Shown: one piece after another, positions 27,677 through 36,822 of the stretch
Position numbering within the stretch: the stretch's first letter is position 1
How the letters are laid out: each line of letters begins with the position of its first letter
Source of the DNA: Nitrospirota bacterium
GTDB taxonomy: Bacteria; Nitrospirota; UBA9217
Direction: 5' to 3'
DNA: 63,675 bases
NCBI GenBank assembly: GCA_043731355.1
Contig: JAYTJE010000068.1
Span: 1 to 63,675 of the forward strand
Notes under the pieces: model-generated
What the model was told of the DNA's origin: nothing
Databases searched by the model: none
The model's input: the letters and a program-made list of their open reading frames with translations, nothing else
Position numbers and translations under genes: made by a program

Positions 27677-28078
27677 TCAGTCAAGCACAATGAACGGCGT
27701 AGCGTTTTTCAAGGCGCGATCAAAGGACGCGGTGGCATCACAACCCAGCGACTGATTGGTCCTGCCGATCAGGTAATCGGCGAGGTCGCCGCGTCCCTCC
27801 TTGTAATCATGGACCGCTTGTCGGGTAAGGTCTTTTCGCTCAAGCTCAAATTGCTTCGTCGCGAGGATTCTCTCAAGAACGTCCGCAATGGCGCCCTTAT
27901 CATACTCGTATGCGGATTCCAAAACCCACACCAACTCACATAAAACGATAGTGTTAATGAAGCAGTGTTCACCGCTTGCGACCACCTTGCGTATGTACGC
28001 GCCCGCCTTTTCGGCCTGTTTTTTGTCGTCCCTTACCAGGTAACGAACGAGAACATTGGTGTCCAGTCCTTTCATCAT
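27677..28078 (-). CDS. vapC: PIN-domain toxin VapC
   Basis: MMKGLDTNVLVRYL N-terminus with conserved acidic residues. 4-nt ATGA overlap with the upstream antitoxin. Confidence 0.85.
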   Translation of the reverse strand: MMKGLDTNVLVRYLVRDDKKQAEKAGAYIRKVVASGEHCFINTIVLCELVWVLESAYEYDKGAIADVLERILATKQFELERKDLTRQAVHDYKEGRGDLADYLIGRTNQSLGCDATASFDRALKNATPFIVLD

Positions 28079-28326
28079 GAGGTGAGTTTCCTCTTGAACC
28101 GCTTGCCAATGGATTTATTCATGTCCTCCACCGAGACGGCCTTCATCCCCGGCCGATGCAGTATCCCCTCAAGATCGCCTACTTCAAGGGTTGCCGGCTC
28201 TAAAACTACTTTGCCGTTTGCTTCAACGACAAAATCAATTCTATCCCCCGGCTGGAGATGCAGGTGGTCCCTGATCCTCTTGGGAATGGTTGTCTGGCCT
28301 TTCGCTGTTATGAGGGATGCGGGCAT
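28075..28326 (-). CDS. vapB: AbrB/MazE/SpoVT-type antitoxin VapB
   Basis: ITAKGQTTIPKRIRDHLHLQPGDRIDF swapped-hairpin motif. Confidence 0.8.
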   Translation of the reverse strand: MPASLITAKGQTTIPKRIRDHLHLQPGDRIDFVVEANGKVVLEPATLEVGDLEGILHRPGMKAVSVEDMNKSIGKRFKRKLTS

Positions 28327-28449
28327 ACGCAGTATCCTTTCTTATTTTATATTCCTTACTTAATAGTAAGGCGAATAGGAGCGTTTGTCAAGCGCATAAA
28401 AACCCATTGTCCGTCGTAGGCGAAATAGAAAAGGCCGAGGAGAAATAAA

Positions 28450-28525
28450 CTACCCCGCCGCAAGCAGCGGGGTATTGAAACCATCTTCATTTGAACTATT
28501 CGCCGCAAGCGGCGGGGAATTCAAC
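28450..28525 (+). repeat. two degenerate CRISPR-repeat-like palindromic units (not an array)
   Basis: CTACCCCGCCGCAAGCAGCGGGGTATTGAAAC, then a 14-nt gap, then CTATTCGCCGCAAGCGGCGGGGAATTCAAC. The first ends in the ATTGAAAC handle typical of type I repeats. Confidence 0.3.
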
Positions 28526-29024
28526 CCGGAGAACCGATTGAAGGATTTCACCGAACATGTTGTCGAGTTCAAAGTATGCCCCGCTTCGGGAAACGAGGTG
28601 TACGCCCCATGGCCGGAAGGCGTGGAGGCTCCCGTGCAATACGGCCTGCGCTTCATTGCCTGGCTTGCCTATCTCTGCGTCCAGCAACTTCTGCCTGTTG
28701 AGCGCATCGGCCAAATGTGCGAGGACCTTTTCGGGCAGGGCATAAGCGACGCTACCGTCCAGTCCGCCGTCGCCAAAACCGATCTTTCCCTCGCTCCATT
28801 CAAAGTCGCCGCCGTCAACCACATACTACAAGCGCCTGTGGCCCATGCTGATGAATCCTAAGCTCCACTGGCTTCACGTTGTCTGTACAAAACTGGTCAC
28901 CTGGTATGGCATCCATGCCAGGAGAGGGCGAAAGGCTTTCGCGTCCTTCGGCATCCTGCCTGCCTACCAAGGCGCCCTCATTCATGATTGTTTGCCGTCT
29001 TATTTCGACCTTTCCTGCAATCAC
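28526..29024 (+). mobile_element. IS66-family transposase remnant (truncated at both ends, frameshifted)
   Basis: VQYGLRFIAWLAYLCVQQLLPVERIGQMCEDLFG...VAHADES, then a frame change to KLHWLHVVCT...ALIHDCLPSYF. Only a central portion of a full-length IS66-type transposase is present. Confidence 0.7.
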
Positions 29025-29193
29025 TATAAGTATCCTACTTTTCATTTATTTCTCCTATGTCGTCCTTCGTTTTTTCCCTTAAAGCTTTGTTGCCATATCC
29101 AACACACACGGACCCGTGAGGTTCAGGTCTACTTTCATATCATCACACAAAAAAGACCCTCGGACCCGTCGCTTCGATAACAACTTGGGCGCT

Positions 29194-30744
29194 CTAGTTC
29201 GCCTTCCCCTTGCTCTCCTTTTCGCCTTCCTTCTTCTCCGTCATCGCCCCCAGATAACTCGGCAGCTCCACGCCCGCCATCCGGGCAACGTCCTGCAGCG
29301 GCGGGATGCTGCGCACGAGGCTCGACAAAAAATTAGACGTGGACGAACTCCCGTCGCCGTGGCCGCCTGCCGAATCCCAGACCGTCACCTTGTCGATCTT
29401 GATGTTCTTGATGGCTTCCACCTGCATGGCCACGATCTGTTCGATCTTCTCGGTCATGAGCAGCGTCGCGACCGCGCGGGCGTCGCCGTTGCAGCTCTTG
29501 ACCAGGTTCTGATACCCCGCGGCCTTGCTCTCCAGCACCTGCCTGATGCCCTTTGCCTCGGCCTCATACTTGAGCAGGATGCCGTCGGCCACGCCGCGCG
29601 CCTCGCGCCGGGTCTTCTCGGCCTCTGCTTCCGCCGCGATCTCGATCATCCTCTTGTCGATCTCCTGCTTCACCACTTCTTCCGCGTTCAGGCGCTCCTG
29701 TTCCGCGCGGTACTGGGCCTTCTGGATCTCCACCTCGGCCTCGCGTTTTGCCACCTCGCCCTTTTGGAGCGCCTCCGCCTGGCGCATGGCGAGCTCCGCA
29801 TTGGTCGCCGCAATATCCGCTTTGGCTTTGTTCTCGCCCGTTACGGCTTCCACCTCCTGCGCCTGCACATATACGCGGCGGTCGGCCTCGGCTTTTTTCT
29901 TTCCTTTTTCGGACAGGGCCACGTTCTCGGCGATCCGGATCTCCTTCTCCCGGTTGGCGTCGGCTTCGCCGATCGACGCCGCGGTCTCCTGCTGCTGCAC
30001 GAACACGCGGCGGTCCGCATCGGCCCGCTTCTTTCCTTTTTCCGATTCCGCAGCGTTCTCGGCGACCTTGATCTCTTTGTCCCGGTTGGCCACGGCCTGG
30101 CCGATGGCGCCCACCTTGTCCTGCTCGGCAACATCCACTTTTGCGCGGTTGATGGCTTCCGAGGCCGCCTTCTTTCCGATGCTCTGGATGTAGTCGGACT
30201 CGTCGGTGATGTCCGTGATGTTCACGTTGATGAGGTACAGGCCGATCTTGTTCAGCTCCGGCTCAACGTTCTTTCTGATGGATTCGAGAAAACTTTCGCG
30301 GTCCTGGTTGATCTGCTCGATGGTGAGCGACGCGACCGTGAGCCGTAGCTGGCCGAAGATGATCTCCTTGGCCATGTCCTCGATGCGCTGGGGCGGAAGG
30401 TTCAGAAGCCGCTCGGCCGCGTTGTTCATGGTGTTCTTGTCAACGCTGATGCCGACGGTGAAGGTGCTCGGCACGTTGATGCGGATATTCTGGAGCGAAA
30501 GCGCTCCCTGGAGCGGAATGCTGATGGTGATCGGCGTGAGACTCATGTAGGACGAGTCCTGGATCAGCGGCCAGACCAGGGCGCCGCCGCCGTGGATGCA
30601 GCGGGCCGACTGCCCCTCTCCCACTTTACCGTACACCACGAGGATCATGTCCGAGGGGCAGCGCTTGTATCGCGATGCCAGGAACACGACCGTTGAAACC
30701 ACCAGAATGATCAGTGCCGCGATCGGAAGGACCCACAAACCCAT
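29194..30744 (-). CDS. flotillin-family SPFH/band-7 protein
   Basis: N-terminal TM plus SPFH core (YKRCPSDMILVVYGK...), followed by a long EA-rich coiled coil with an internal ~44-aa tandem repeat. Confidence 0.9.
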   Translation of the reverse strand: MGLWVLPIAALIILVVSTVVFLASRYKRCPSDMILVVYGKVGEGQSARCIHGGGALVWPLIQDSSYMSLTPITISIPLQGALSLQNIRINVPSTFTVGISVDKNTMNNAAERLLNLPPQRIEDMAKEIIFGQLRLTVASLTIEQINQDRESFLESIRKNVEPELNKIGLYLINVNITDITDESDYIQSIGKKAASEAINRAKVDVAEQDKVGAIGQAVANRDKEIKVAENAAESEKGKKRADADRRVFVQQQETAASIGEADANREKEIRIAENVALSEKGKKKAEADRRVYVQAQEVEAVTGENKAKADIAATNAELAMRQAEALQKGEVAKREAEVEIQKAQYRAEQERLNAEEVVKQEIDKRMIEIAAEAEAEKTRREARGVADGILLKYEAEAKGIRQVLESKAAGYQNLVKSCNGDARAVATLLMTEKIEQIVAMQVEAIKNIKIDKVTVWDSAGGHGDGSSSTSNFLSSLVRSIPPLQDVARMAGVELPSYLGAMTEKKEGEKESKGKAN

Positions 30745-30790
30745 TCAGATGCCGCGATGCGGGGATATTCTTTCGCGGAAAACCATCAAA

Positions 30791-30819
30791 AGAGTATGTG
30801 AATATGTATTTGTTGTCAA
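30791..30819 (-). promoter_or_regulatory. possible sigma-70 promoter for the flotillin gene
   Basis: Minus strand reads TTGACA, 17 nt, TACTCT. Confidence 0.35.
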
Positions 30820-30866
30820 GGAAATACAGGAAGCAGGGCGGGGTAATTTAAGGGTAATGAGAAGAG

Positions 30867-30904
30867 CAGGGTTCAGGGTCCAGGGGTCAGGATCCAGAGG
30901 TCAG
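30867..30904. repeat. tandem heptamer tract (GGTYCAG x5)
   Basis: CAGGGTTCAGGGTCCAGGGGTCAGGATCCAGAGGTCAG. Same word family as 8301-8331. Confidence 0.5.
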
Positions 30905-30933
30905 TGAACTGTCGAAATCATCGAGTACCAGAC

Positions 30934-30962
30934 AAAAAAACGCGCTGAACTGTTCAGCGCGC
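30934..30962 (-). terminator. rho-independent terminator of the zinc-ribbon gene
   Basis: Minus strand reads GCGCTGAAC-a-GTTCAGCGC followed by TTTTTTT. Confidence 0.6.
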
Positions 30963-30984
30963 GTTCCTTCCACTAAAAAACCTT

Positions 30985-31509
30985 CTACTCTGCCCGCTCC
31001 CAGTCCACGCGGGCCAGCTTGTTGTCATGCGACCAGTGGTACTGCACTGCTCCCTGGAAAGCCTTCCTGATCGCCCTGCCGAGCCGCTGCGCCAGCCGCT
31101 CGTTCGTCGTTGAGATGACGATGCCGCCATACCCGTTCTCCTTCACGGACATCACGCGCTCCAGCGGGTTCAGGCCGCGCGCCTTCTCCTCTTCGTTCTT
31201 CACGAGCTTCATCAGTTCCATTTTATGCGGAAGCACGTAGCCGCCTTTGAGCGTCACGATCCCGCCGGGAAAATCATCACGGATCTTGAGACAGGCCGGA
31301 CAGACCACGCTGATATTTTTCGCATTTTTCAGCGCAGTTTCGTATGCCGTACCGCGCGCATACCACCGTTTGTTCATGTACACCGCGCGACAGCTCTCGC
31401 ACTCGGATACCTTCTTGCTGGCCCCTTTGGGGAGATACGAGTCCGTGGTGATGGTTTTCTTTTTATAGGACGGTTTGTATTTCTTGACCGTGCTGGCGTT
31501 CATTTTCAT
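30985..31509 (-). CDS. conserved zinc-ribbon protein of unknown function (resembles the family NCBI names BCAM0308, from memory)
   Basis: Two CxxC pairs (CESC...CPAC), then NEEEKARGLNPLERVM and a RLAQRLGRAIRKAFQG segment. Confidence 0.55.
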   Translation of the reverse strand: MKMNASTVKKYKPSYKKKTITTDSYLPKGASKKVSECESCRAVYMNKRWYARGTAYETALKNAKNISVVCPACLKIRDDFPGGIVTLKGGYVLPHKMELMKLVKNEEEKARGLNPLERVMSVKENGYGGIVISTTNERLAQRLGRAIRKAFQGAVQYHWSHDNKLARVDWERAE

Positions 31510-31536
31510 AAGTACCGCCTCCTCCTTGCGATTACG

Positions 31537-31848
31537 CTATTTCCGCAGTGTCATACCCAGCTTCTGCTCAACAGACTCGAGTTTTTTCTCGATCCGCCCT
31601 CCTTTGCCCTTGCGGTCGTCGATCTTGATGCTCGTGACCGCCCGGCCAGCGCTCTTCATCACCTCCTGATGGCACTCCTTGATGATGGCCATGACCTGGT
31701 CCCATTCGCCTTCGAGCACTGTTCCCATGGGGTTTGCTTTGTATGAAATGCCGCTTGTGGCAACGATCCTTAAAACCCTGGCAACCGTCGGGCTGACGCT
31801 TTCGCCGATGCCCAGGGGGACAATGCTGAACTCAACGAGAATGCTCAT
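31537..31848 (-). CDS. MTH1187/YkoF-family (UPF0045) thiamine-binding-like protein
   Basis: MSILVEFSIVPLGIGESVSPTVARVL...YKANPMGTVLEGEWDQVM pattern. Confidence 0.8.
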   Translation of the reverse strand: MSILVEFSIVPLGIGESVSPTVARVLRIVATSGISYKANPMGTVLEGEWDQVMAIIKECHQEVMKSAGRAVTSIKIDDRKGKGGRIEKKLESVEQKLGMTLRK

Positions 31849-32028
31849 GTATGGCTCCTTTTACGGTTGAACGAAATACGCCGATCCTGCTCATCCGCCG
31901 CTGCTGTAAGTATACCGCTCTTGCCAGGGCATGTAAAGGCTGGCAGGGTGCCGCTTTTCGCGCTTGTAAGCCCGCTGACCCTGTGCGATAATGAATTGCT
32001 TTTTTACGGGTCCCGCAACAGGACAGCC

Positions 32029-32805
32029 ATGATCAGAGCTTTCATCAAAATAACAGGTTCGCTTGTTCTGCTGCTCTTCTACCTGTCGGCGTCCGTCGTT
32101 GTGTGCGCGCTTCCGATGCAGGCGCGCGCCCGCCGGGTATGGACGGCTCGGCTCGTGTTGTTCTTTGCCGGACTGGCGCTCCGGCTCTATGGAGTGCGCG
32201 TTGCCGCAACAGGCCACCGGAGGCTTGCGCCATCGCACAAAGGCCGCCTCGTAGTCGCCAACCACCTCTCCTATGTGGATGTGCTCGTGCTGGCGTCGCT
32301 TTCGCCCTCGGTGTTCGTCACGTCCGTAGAACTGCGAAACACCCTGCTGCTGGGCCAGCTTGCCCGGCTCTCCGGCAGTCTCTTCGTTGAACGGCGAAAA
32401 GCATCGGGACTCAGACAGGAGATCGACGCCATTACGGCCGTACTCAACCAGGGCTTTTCGGTGGCGCTCTTTCCCGAGGGCACCACGTTCAACGGAGACC
32501 ATGTCCATCCATTCAAGCAATCGCTGCTGGACGCGGCCGTGAAGGCGGATTGCGGCATTCTGCCGGTCTGTATTCGCTACCAGCGCGCGAACAACCGGCC
32601 GCTGTCCGCGGCGACGCGCGACGCGGTGTTGTACTATGGCGGCATTTCCTTCTTTCGGCATTTTCCCCGGTTCCTCGCGCTCCGGTCGGTTGACGTGCAG
32701 GTCTCGGTCCTGCGCCCGATCACGGCCGGCAACGATGCATCGCGAAAGCAGCTTGCTCTGCGCGCCCATGAGGCGATCAGCGCCGAATATGAGGCGCCGG
32801 CGTAG
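32029..32805 (+). CDS. lysophospholipid (1-acyl-sn-glycerol-3-phosphate) acyltransferase family protein
   Basis: HX4D motif VVANHLSYVDV and an FPEGTT motif. Start moved to MIRAFIK, before the N-terminal TM. Confidence 0.8.
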   Translation: MIRAFIKITGSLVLLLFYLSASVVVCALPMQARARRVWTARLVLFFAGLALRLYGVRVAATGHRRLAPSHKGRLVVANHLSYVDVLVLASLSPSVFVTSVELRNTLLLGQLARLSGSLFVERRKASGLRQEIDAITAVLNQGFSVALFPEGTTFNGDHVHPFKQSLLDAAVKADCGILPVCIRYQRANNRPLSAATRDAVLYYGGISFFRHFPRFLALRSVDVQVSVLRPITAGNDASRKQLALRAHEAISAEYEAPA

Positions 32806-32923
32806 ACGCGGCCGCTCACGTTCGCTGAGCAGCAGCTTCCGAGTCACCCCCGGTCTCTTCCGTCTCAATCAGCAGGTCCGCTTTCCAGTTGAAGGAAAGC
32901 AAGAGAGTGTGCTACTATGCCGC

Positions 32924-34873
32924 ATGAAGATGGCGCTCCGGAATGATACCATGGACCTCCTGAAGACCTTCGACGCGCTGAATCTGCCGGTGTTTATCCT
33001 CGACGCGGGCGGCGCGGTCGTTTCGTGCAATGACAGCGCGGCCAGGGCCTTCGGCTGGGAGCGGGACGAGATGATCGGTCTTGATGGGGGACGGTTCGTG
33101 TCGTTCGAAGGCCTGCGGCCGACCCCGGTTTCCCTGCCTGTTGTCACCGCTTCTTTTCCCTGTTTCCGGAAAGACGGGAGTGTATTTCACTCGCGCATCG
33201 CCGTCATTCCCGGCGAAGACCCGCAAGCGAGCCTTCGGACCATCGTGGTGCGGGACGCGCCCGGGGACGGTCTGACCGCTTGCATGTCCCCCGGCAAGGT
33301 GGCGCAGGTCGAGCTGATCAACGAATTGTCGGGCATCATCAACTCAAGCCTCAGCATCGGCACCATCTTCCGCATGGTGGTCTCGGAATTGCGCAAACTC
33401 ATTGCCTACAGCAGGGCAAGCCTTCTTCTTTATAATGAAAAAGACAAAACGCTCCTGATCTTCGCCCTGGACACGGAGATGAAGACGGCCATGAAAAAGG
33501 GCGTCAAGGCGCCGATCGAGGGCACCAGCGCCGGCTGGGTCGTCAAGAACAACAAACCCTGGATCAGCGATGACCTGAAGACGACGGAGTTTCCCCTGGA
33601 CCGGAAGCTGCTGCGCGAAGGCCTCCGTTCCACGGTCAGTCTCCCCCTGTATCACGACCGGATGCTCGGCGTGTTCAACTTCGACAGCACCGAGCCCGGC
33701 CAGTATTCCGAGCAGGACCTCGAGGTCCTGCTGATGGTGGCCAAGCACATCGCCATCGCCCTGGAGAACGCGCTGCTCTTTGAAGAGATCTCGAAGGAAA
33801 AAAAGGAGTGGGAGCGGACCTTTGATGCAATCACCGACATGGTCTGGATCGAGGACGGCAAACAGCAGGTGGTCCGCGCCAACCAGACCCTGCTCGCCAC
33901 AACGGGCTATTCCAAGACCGGGATCGTTGGCAGGTACTGCGGAGAACTGCTCGACCGGATCGGCATCACGATCGCGCACTGCCTGTGCCAGGAAACGTTG
34001 ACGAACAAGTGCCCGACCTTTCAGGAGCTGAAGAACAATGCAGGGAACATCTTCAACTTCTGGGCCTATCCGCTCCTGGATGATGAGGGCAGGCTCTATG
34101 CCATCGTTCATTATCTCAAGGACGTGACTGCGCAGCGGCGTCTCGAACAGCAGCTCATTCGCACGGACAAACTGGCGTCGCTCGGCACGCTCGTGGCGGG
34201 CATCGCGCATGAGATCAACAATCCCCTGGGGATCATCGCGGGGTATTCCGAGGCGCTGCTCGACCGCGCTCATGAACCTGCGCTTTCGAACGTCCCGGGC
34301 TTCGAGGACTTTCCCGAGTATCTGCGGACCATCCACAGCGAAATCTTCCGGTGCAAGGGGATACTCCAAAGCTTGCTGGAGTTCGCGCGGCCGTCGGGCG
34401 GCACGTTCCGGGAGCTCGACATCAACGAGCTCATCAAGGAAGTGCTCCTGCTGCTGCAGCACCGCACCACAAAGCTTCAGCATACCCTGTCGCTCGCGTT
34501 GAACCGCGACCTGCCGAAAATTTCCGCCGACGCGGGCAGCCTCCGGCAGCTCCTGATGAACCTGCTGCTGAATGCCATCTACTTCACGCCCGAGGGCGGA
34601 AGCATCTCGATCACGACCGGTCTTGACGGCCCGGAGAACGCGGGCTGGGTCAGGCTTGACGTCCGGGACACGGGCATCGGCATTCCCGCGGACCTCCGCG
34701 ACAAGGTTTTCGATCCCTTCTTTACGACAAAGCCCGTGGGCGAAGGGACCGGCCTGGGCCTCACCATCTGCCACCGCATCGTGGAAGAGCACGGCGGGAC
34801 CATCGATGTGGAAAGCGAACCGGGAAAAGGAACGACCTTTATCATCAAGCTGCCGGCGATCGGGCAGGGGTGA
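32924..34873 (+). CDS. PAS-GAF-PAS sensor histidine kinase
   Basis: H-box GIAHEINNPLG, N box LLNAIYFTPEGG, G boxes DTGIGIP and GTGLGL. ATG 32924 chosen. Confidence 0.85.
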   Translation: MKMALRNDTMDLLKTFDALNLPVFILDAGGAVVSCNDSAARAFGWERDEMIGLDGGRFVSFEGLRPTPVSLPVVTASFPCFRKDGSVFHSRIAVIPGEDPQASLRTIVVRDAPGDGLTACMSPGKVAQVELINELSGIINSSLSIGTIFRMVVSELRKLIAYSRASLLLYNEKDKTLLIFALDTEMKTAMKKGVKAPIEGTSAGWVVKNNKPWISDDLKTTEFPLDRKLLREGLRSTVSLPLYHDRMLGVFNFDSTEPGQYSEQDLEVLLMVAKHIAIALENALLFEEISKEKKEWERTFDAITDMVWIEDGKQQVVRANQTLLATTGYSKTGIVGRYCGELLDRIGITIAHCLCQETLTNKCPTFQELKNNAGNIFNFWAYPLLDDEGRLYAIVHYLKDVTAQRRLEQQLIRTDKLASLGTLVAGIAHEINNPLGIIAGYSEALLDRAHEPALSNVPGFEDFPEYLRTIHSEIFRCKGILQSLLEFARPSGGTFRELDINELIKEVLLLLQHRTTKLQHTLSLALNRDLPKISADAGSLRQLLMNLLLNAIYFTPEGGSISITTGLDGPENAGWVRLDVRDTGIGIPADLRDKVFDPFFTTKPVGEGTGLGLTICHRIVEEHGGTIDVESEPGKGTTFIIKLPAIGQG

Positions 34874-34883
34874 AGAAAACATT

Positions 34884-36218
34884 ATGCTGAACATTCTGGT
34901 TGTCGATGACGAAGAGCCGTTCCGCAGGCTCTTGAAGAACGAGCTGACCCGCAAGGGCTATGCCGTGTCGGCTGCCGCCGACGGCAACGAGGCGCTGCGG
35001 GCGCTGTCGAACAGCACGTTTGACGCGGTCCTGCTCGACGTGGTCATGCCCGGCATGGACGGCTTGTCGCTCATGAAAAAGCTGAAGGAAGACCCGCAGG
35101 CGCCGCCCATCATCGTGCTGACCGGCAAGGCCACGGTTGAAACCGCGGTGGAAGCCATGAAGAACGGGGCCTATGATTACCTCACCAAGCCGTACAAGCT
35201 CGACGAACTGTCGATTGTCGTGGACCGCGCCTGCGACTACAGCCGCCTGAGCGTCAAGAACAAGCTGTTGGAGCAGGAGCTGGTGCGCAAAGAGTTCCCC
35301 TTCGAGTTCATCGGCGCCAGCAGGCAGTTGAAGGACATCCTGGCGCTCATCCGAAAGGTGGCGCCCACGGACTCGCCCGTGTTCATCCAGGGAGAGAGCG
35401 GCACGGGCAAGGAGCTGGTGGCCAACACCGTCTGGCACAACAGCAAGCGGAAGGACACGCCCTTTATCGCTCTGAACTGCGCGAGCCTGTCGGAGAACCT
35501 CATCGAGTCCGAGATCTTCGGCCACGAGAAAGGCGCTTTTACCAGCGCCTACCAGCTGAAGCACGGCCTCGTCGAGGTCGCGGACAAGGGGACGCTTTTT
35601 CTCGATGAGATCGGCGAGATGCCCGTGGGGCTCCAGGCGAAACTGCTCAGGTTCCTCGACTCCGGCGAGTTCCGGCGCGTGGGCGGGAACAAGGCCATGC
35701 GCGTCGATGTTCGTTTGATCACGGCCACGAACAAGGACCTTCCGGAAATGATCAAGGCCGGGACCTTTCGCGAAGACCTCTACTACCGCCTCAATGTGAT
35801 CACCGTCACCCTTCCGCCGCTCCGGGAACGCAAAGAGGATATTCCCGCCCTGGCCCGCTATTTCATAAAAAAATATTCTGGAAGACTGGGCAAGGCGGTT
35901 ACAGACTTCACCGCCGAAGCCCTGGAACTGCTCGCGGGATACCACTGGCCGGGGAACGTGCGAGAGCTGGAGAACGTGATCGAACGGGCCGTGATCCTGT
36001 GCGAAGCGGACAGAATCGGCGCCGAGGACCTCTCCGTTCCGTCCGCGGCAACGGTCGCGGAGCTTGGCGTCAATCCGTCGCTTGAGGAGATGGAAAAGAA
36101 TTATATCCTGCGGGTGCTGAAGGAAGCGGGCCACAACCAGTCAAAGGCAAGCCAGCTCCTTGGCATTGACCGGAAGACGCTGTATCTGAAGCTCAAAAAA
36201 TACGGGATCAGCGCCTGA
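34884..36218 (+). CDS. sigma-54-dependent NtrC-family response regulator
   Basis: Receiver ILVVDDEEP...LLDVVMPGMDG. AAA+ GESGTGKE and a GAFTSA loop. C-terminal Fis-type HTH SKASQLLGIDRKTLYLKLKKYGI. Confidence 0.9.
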   Translation: MLNILVVDDEEPFRRLLKNELTRKGYAVSAAADGNEALRALSNSTFDAVLLDVVMPGMDGLSLMKKLKEDPQAPPIIVLTGKATVETAVEAMKNGAYDYLTKPYKLDELSIVVDRACDYSRLSVKNKLLEQELVRKEFPFEFIGASRQLKDILALIRKVAPTDSPVFIQGESGTGKELVANTVWHNSKRKDTPFIALNCASLSENLIESEIFGHEKGAFTSAYQLKHGLVEVADKGTLFLDEIGEMPVGLQAKLLRFLDSGEFRRVGGNKAMRVDVRLITATNKDLPEMIKAGTFREDLYYRLNVITVTLPPLRERKEDIPALARYFIKKYSGRLGKAVTDFTAEALELLAGYHWPGNVRELENVIERAVILCEADRIGAEDLSVPSAATVAELGVNPSLEEMEKNYILRVLKEAGHNQSKASQLLGIDRKTLYLKLKKYGISA

Positions 36219-36273
36219 AAGGAAACCGGACCATAAGGAACCGAAGTCCCTGGACCGGAAGACCGCCGAACTC

Positions 36274-36495
36274 GTGGCCATCGGAGCGGCCGCCGCGCTC
36301 CGGTGCGAGCATTGCCTCGAAGCGCACATGGGCCGGGCCGGCGGCGAGGGCGCATCGCTCGACGAGATCATGGATACCCTGCTGATCGCCGGCGCCATCG
36401 CCGACTCTTCCACGCTCTCCGTGGCATTCCGCAAGTTCCGGCAGCTGGAAGGAAAGACCAAAAAAACGGACAAGGGCGCGCGCGACGGCGATTGA
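36274..36495 (+). CDS. carboxymuconolactone decarboxylase (AhpD-like) family fragment, N-terminally truncated
   Basis: LDRKTAELVAIGAAAALRCEHCLEAH CxxC motif region. An in-frame stop at 36235 leaves no room for the usual ~35-aa N-terminus. Confidence 0.5.
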   Translation: MAIGAAAALRCEHCLEAHMGRAGGEGASLDEIMDTLLIAGAIADSSTLSVAFRKFRQLEGKTKKTDKGARDGD

Positions 36496-36543
36496 AGGCC
36501 CCCGTTCACCAGGAAATCAGCGGGTCCCGTCAGGAGGCGGTGT

Positions 36544-36705
36544 ATGAAAAAAGCGAAAGTGAAAACAAGAACAAAAGCGGTCCGAACAAGATTGCGCGAG
36601 GACCTCAAGGACCCCGCGTTCAGGGCGCGGTATGAGGAAAAACAGCGGGCGCTGAAGCAGGCGATGAAGCTCGCCACGGAGCGCGTGACGAAACATTCGT
36701 CGTAA
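36544..36705 (+). CDS. small basic protein (53 aa), unknown function
   Basis: ATG 6 nt after GGAGG. MKKAKVKTRTKAVRTRLREDLKDPAFRARYEE... Absent from the ORF track because it is under 60 aa. Confidence 0.45.
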   Translation: MKKAKVKTRTKAVRTRLREDLKDPAFRARYEEKQRALKQAMKLATERVTKHSS

Positions 36706-36822
36706 CGGCGCCTGATACAGCTCGGAGCAGCGCGGAAATTTTGTCCCTTCGGGAATACACTGGCAGGGGCGGCGCGCGGGTAAACCTGTTCGGCCCCTTG
36801 TCATCAAAATGCCGCTTGAACT

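Noticed and set aside
28450-28525. Calling this a CRISPR array
   Set aside because: There are only two units, the second is degenerate, and they are separated by 14 nt instead of a ~30-40-nt spacer. No cas genes are in the window. It is kept only as a repeat-like curiosity.
29826-30090. Internal ~44-aa tandem duplication in flotillin (ANRDKEIKVAENAAESEKGKKRADADRRVFVQQQE / ANREKEIRIAENVALSEKGKKKAEADRRVYVQAQE) as something unusual
   Set aside because: EA-rich repeated heptad segments are a normal property of the flotillin coiled-coil domain, so this is not noteworthy by itself.
29116-30348. 410-aa plus-strand ORF rich in Leu/Arg/His/Asp
   Set aside because: It is antisense to the flotillin gene. 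Its repetitive composition simply mirrors the EA-rich coiled-coil codons on the other strand.
36141-36677. 178-aa minus-strand ORF
   Set aside because: It is antisense to the AhpD-like fragment and to the NtrC-type gene's 3' end. It has no RBS or motif support.
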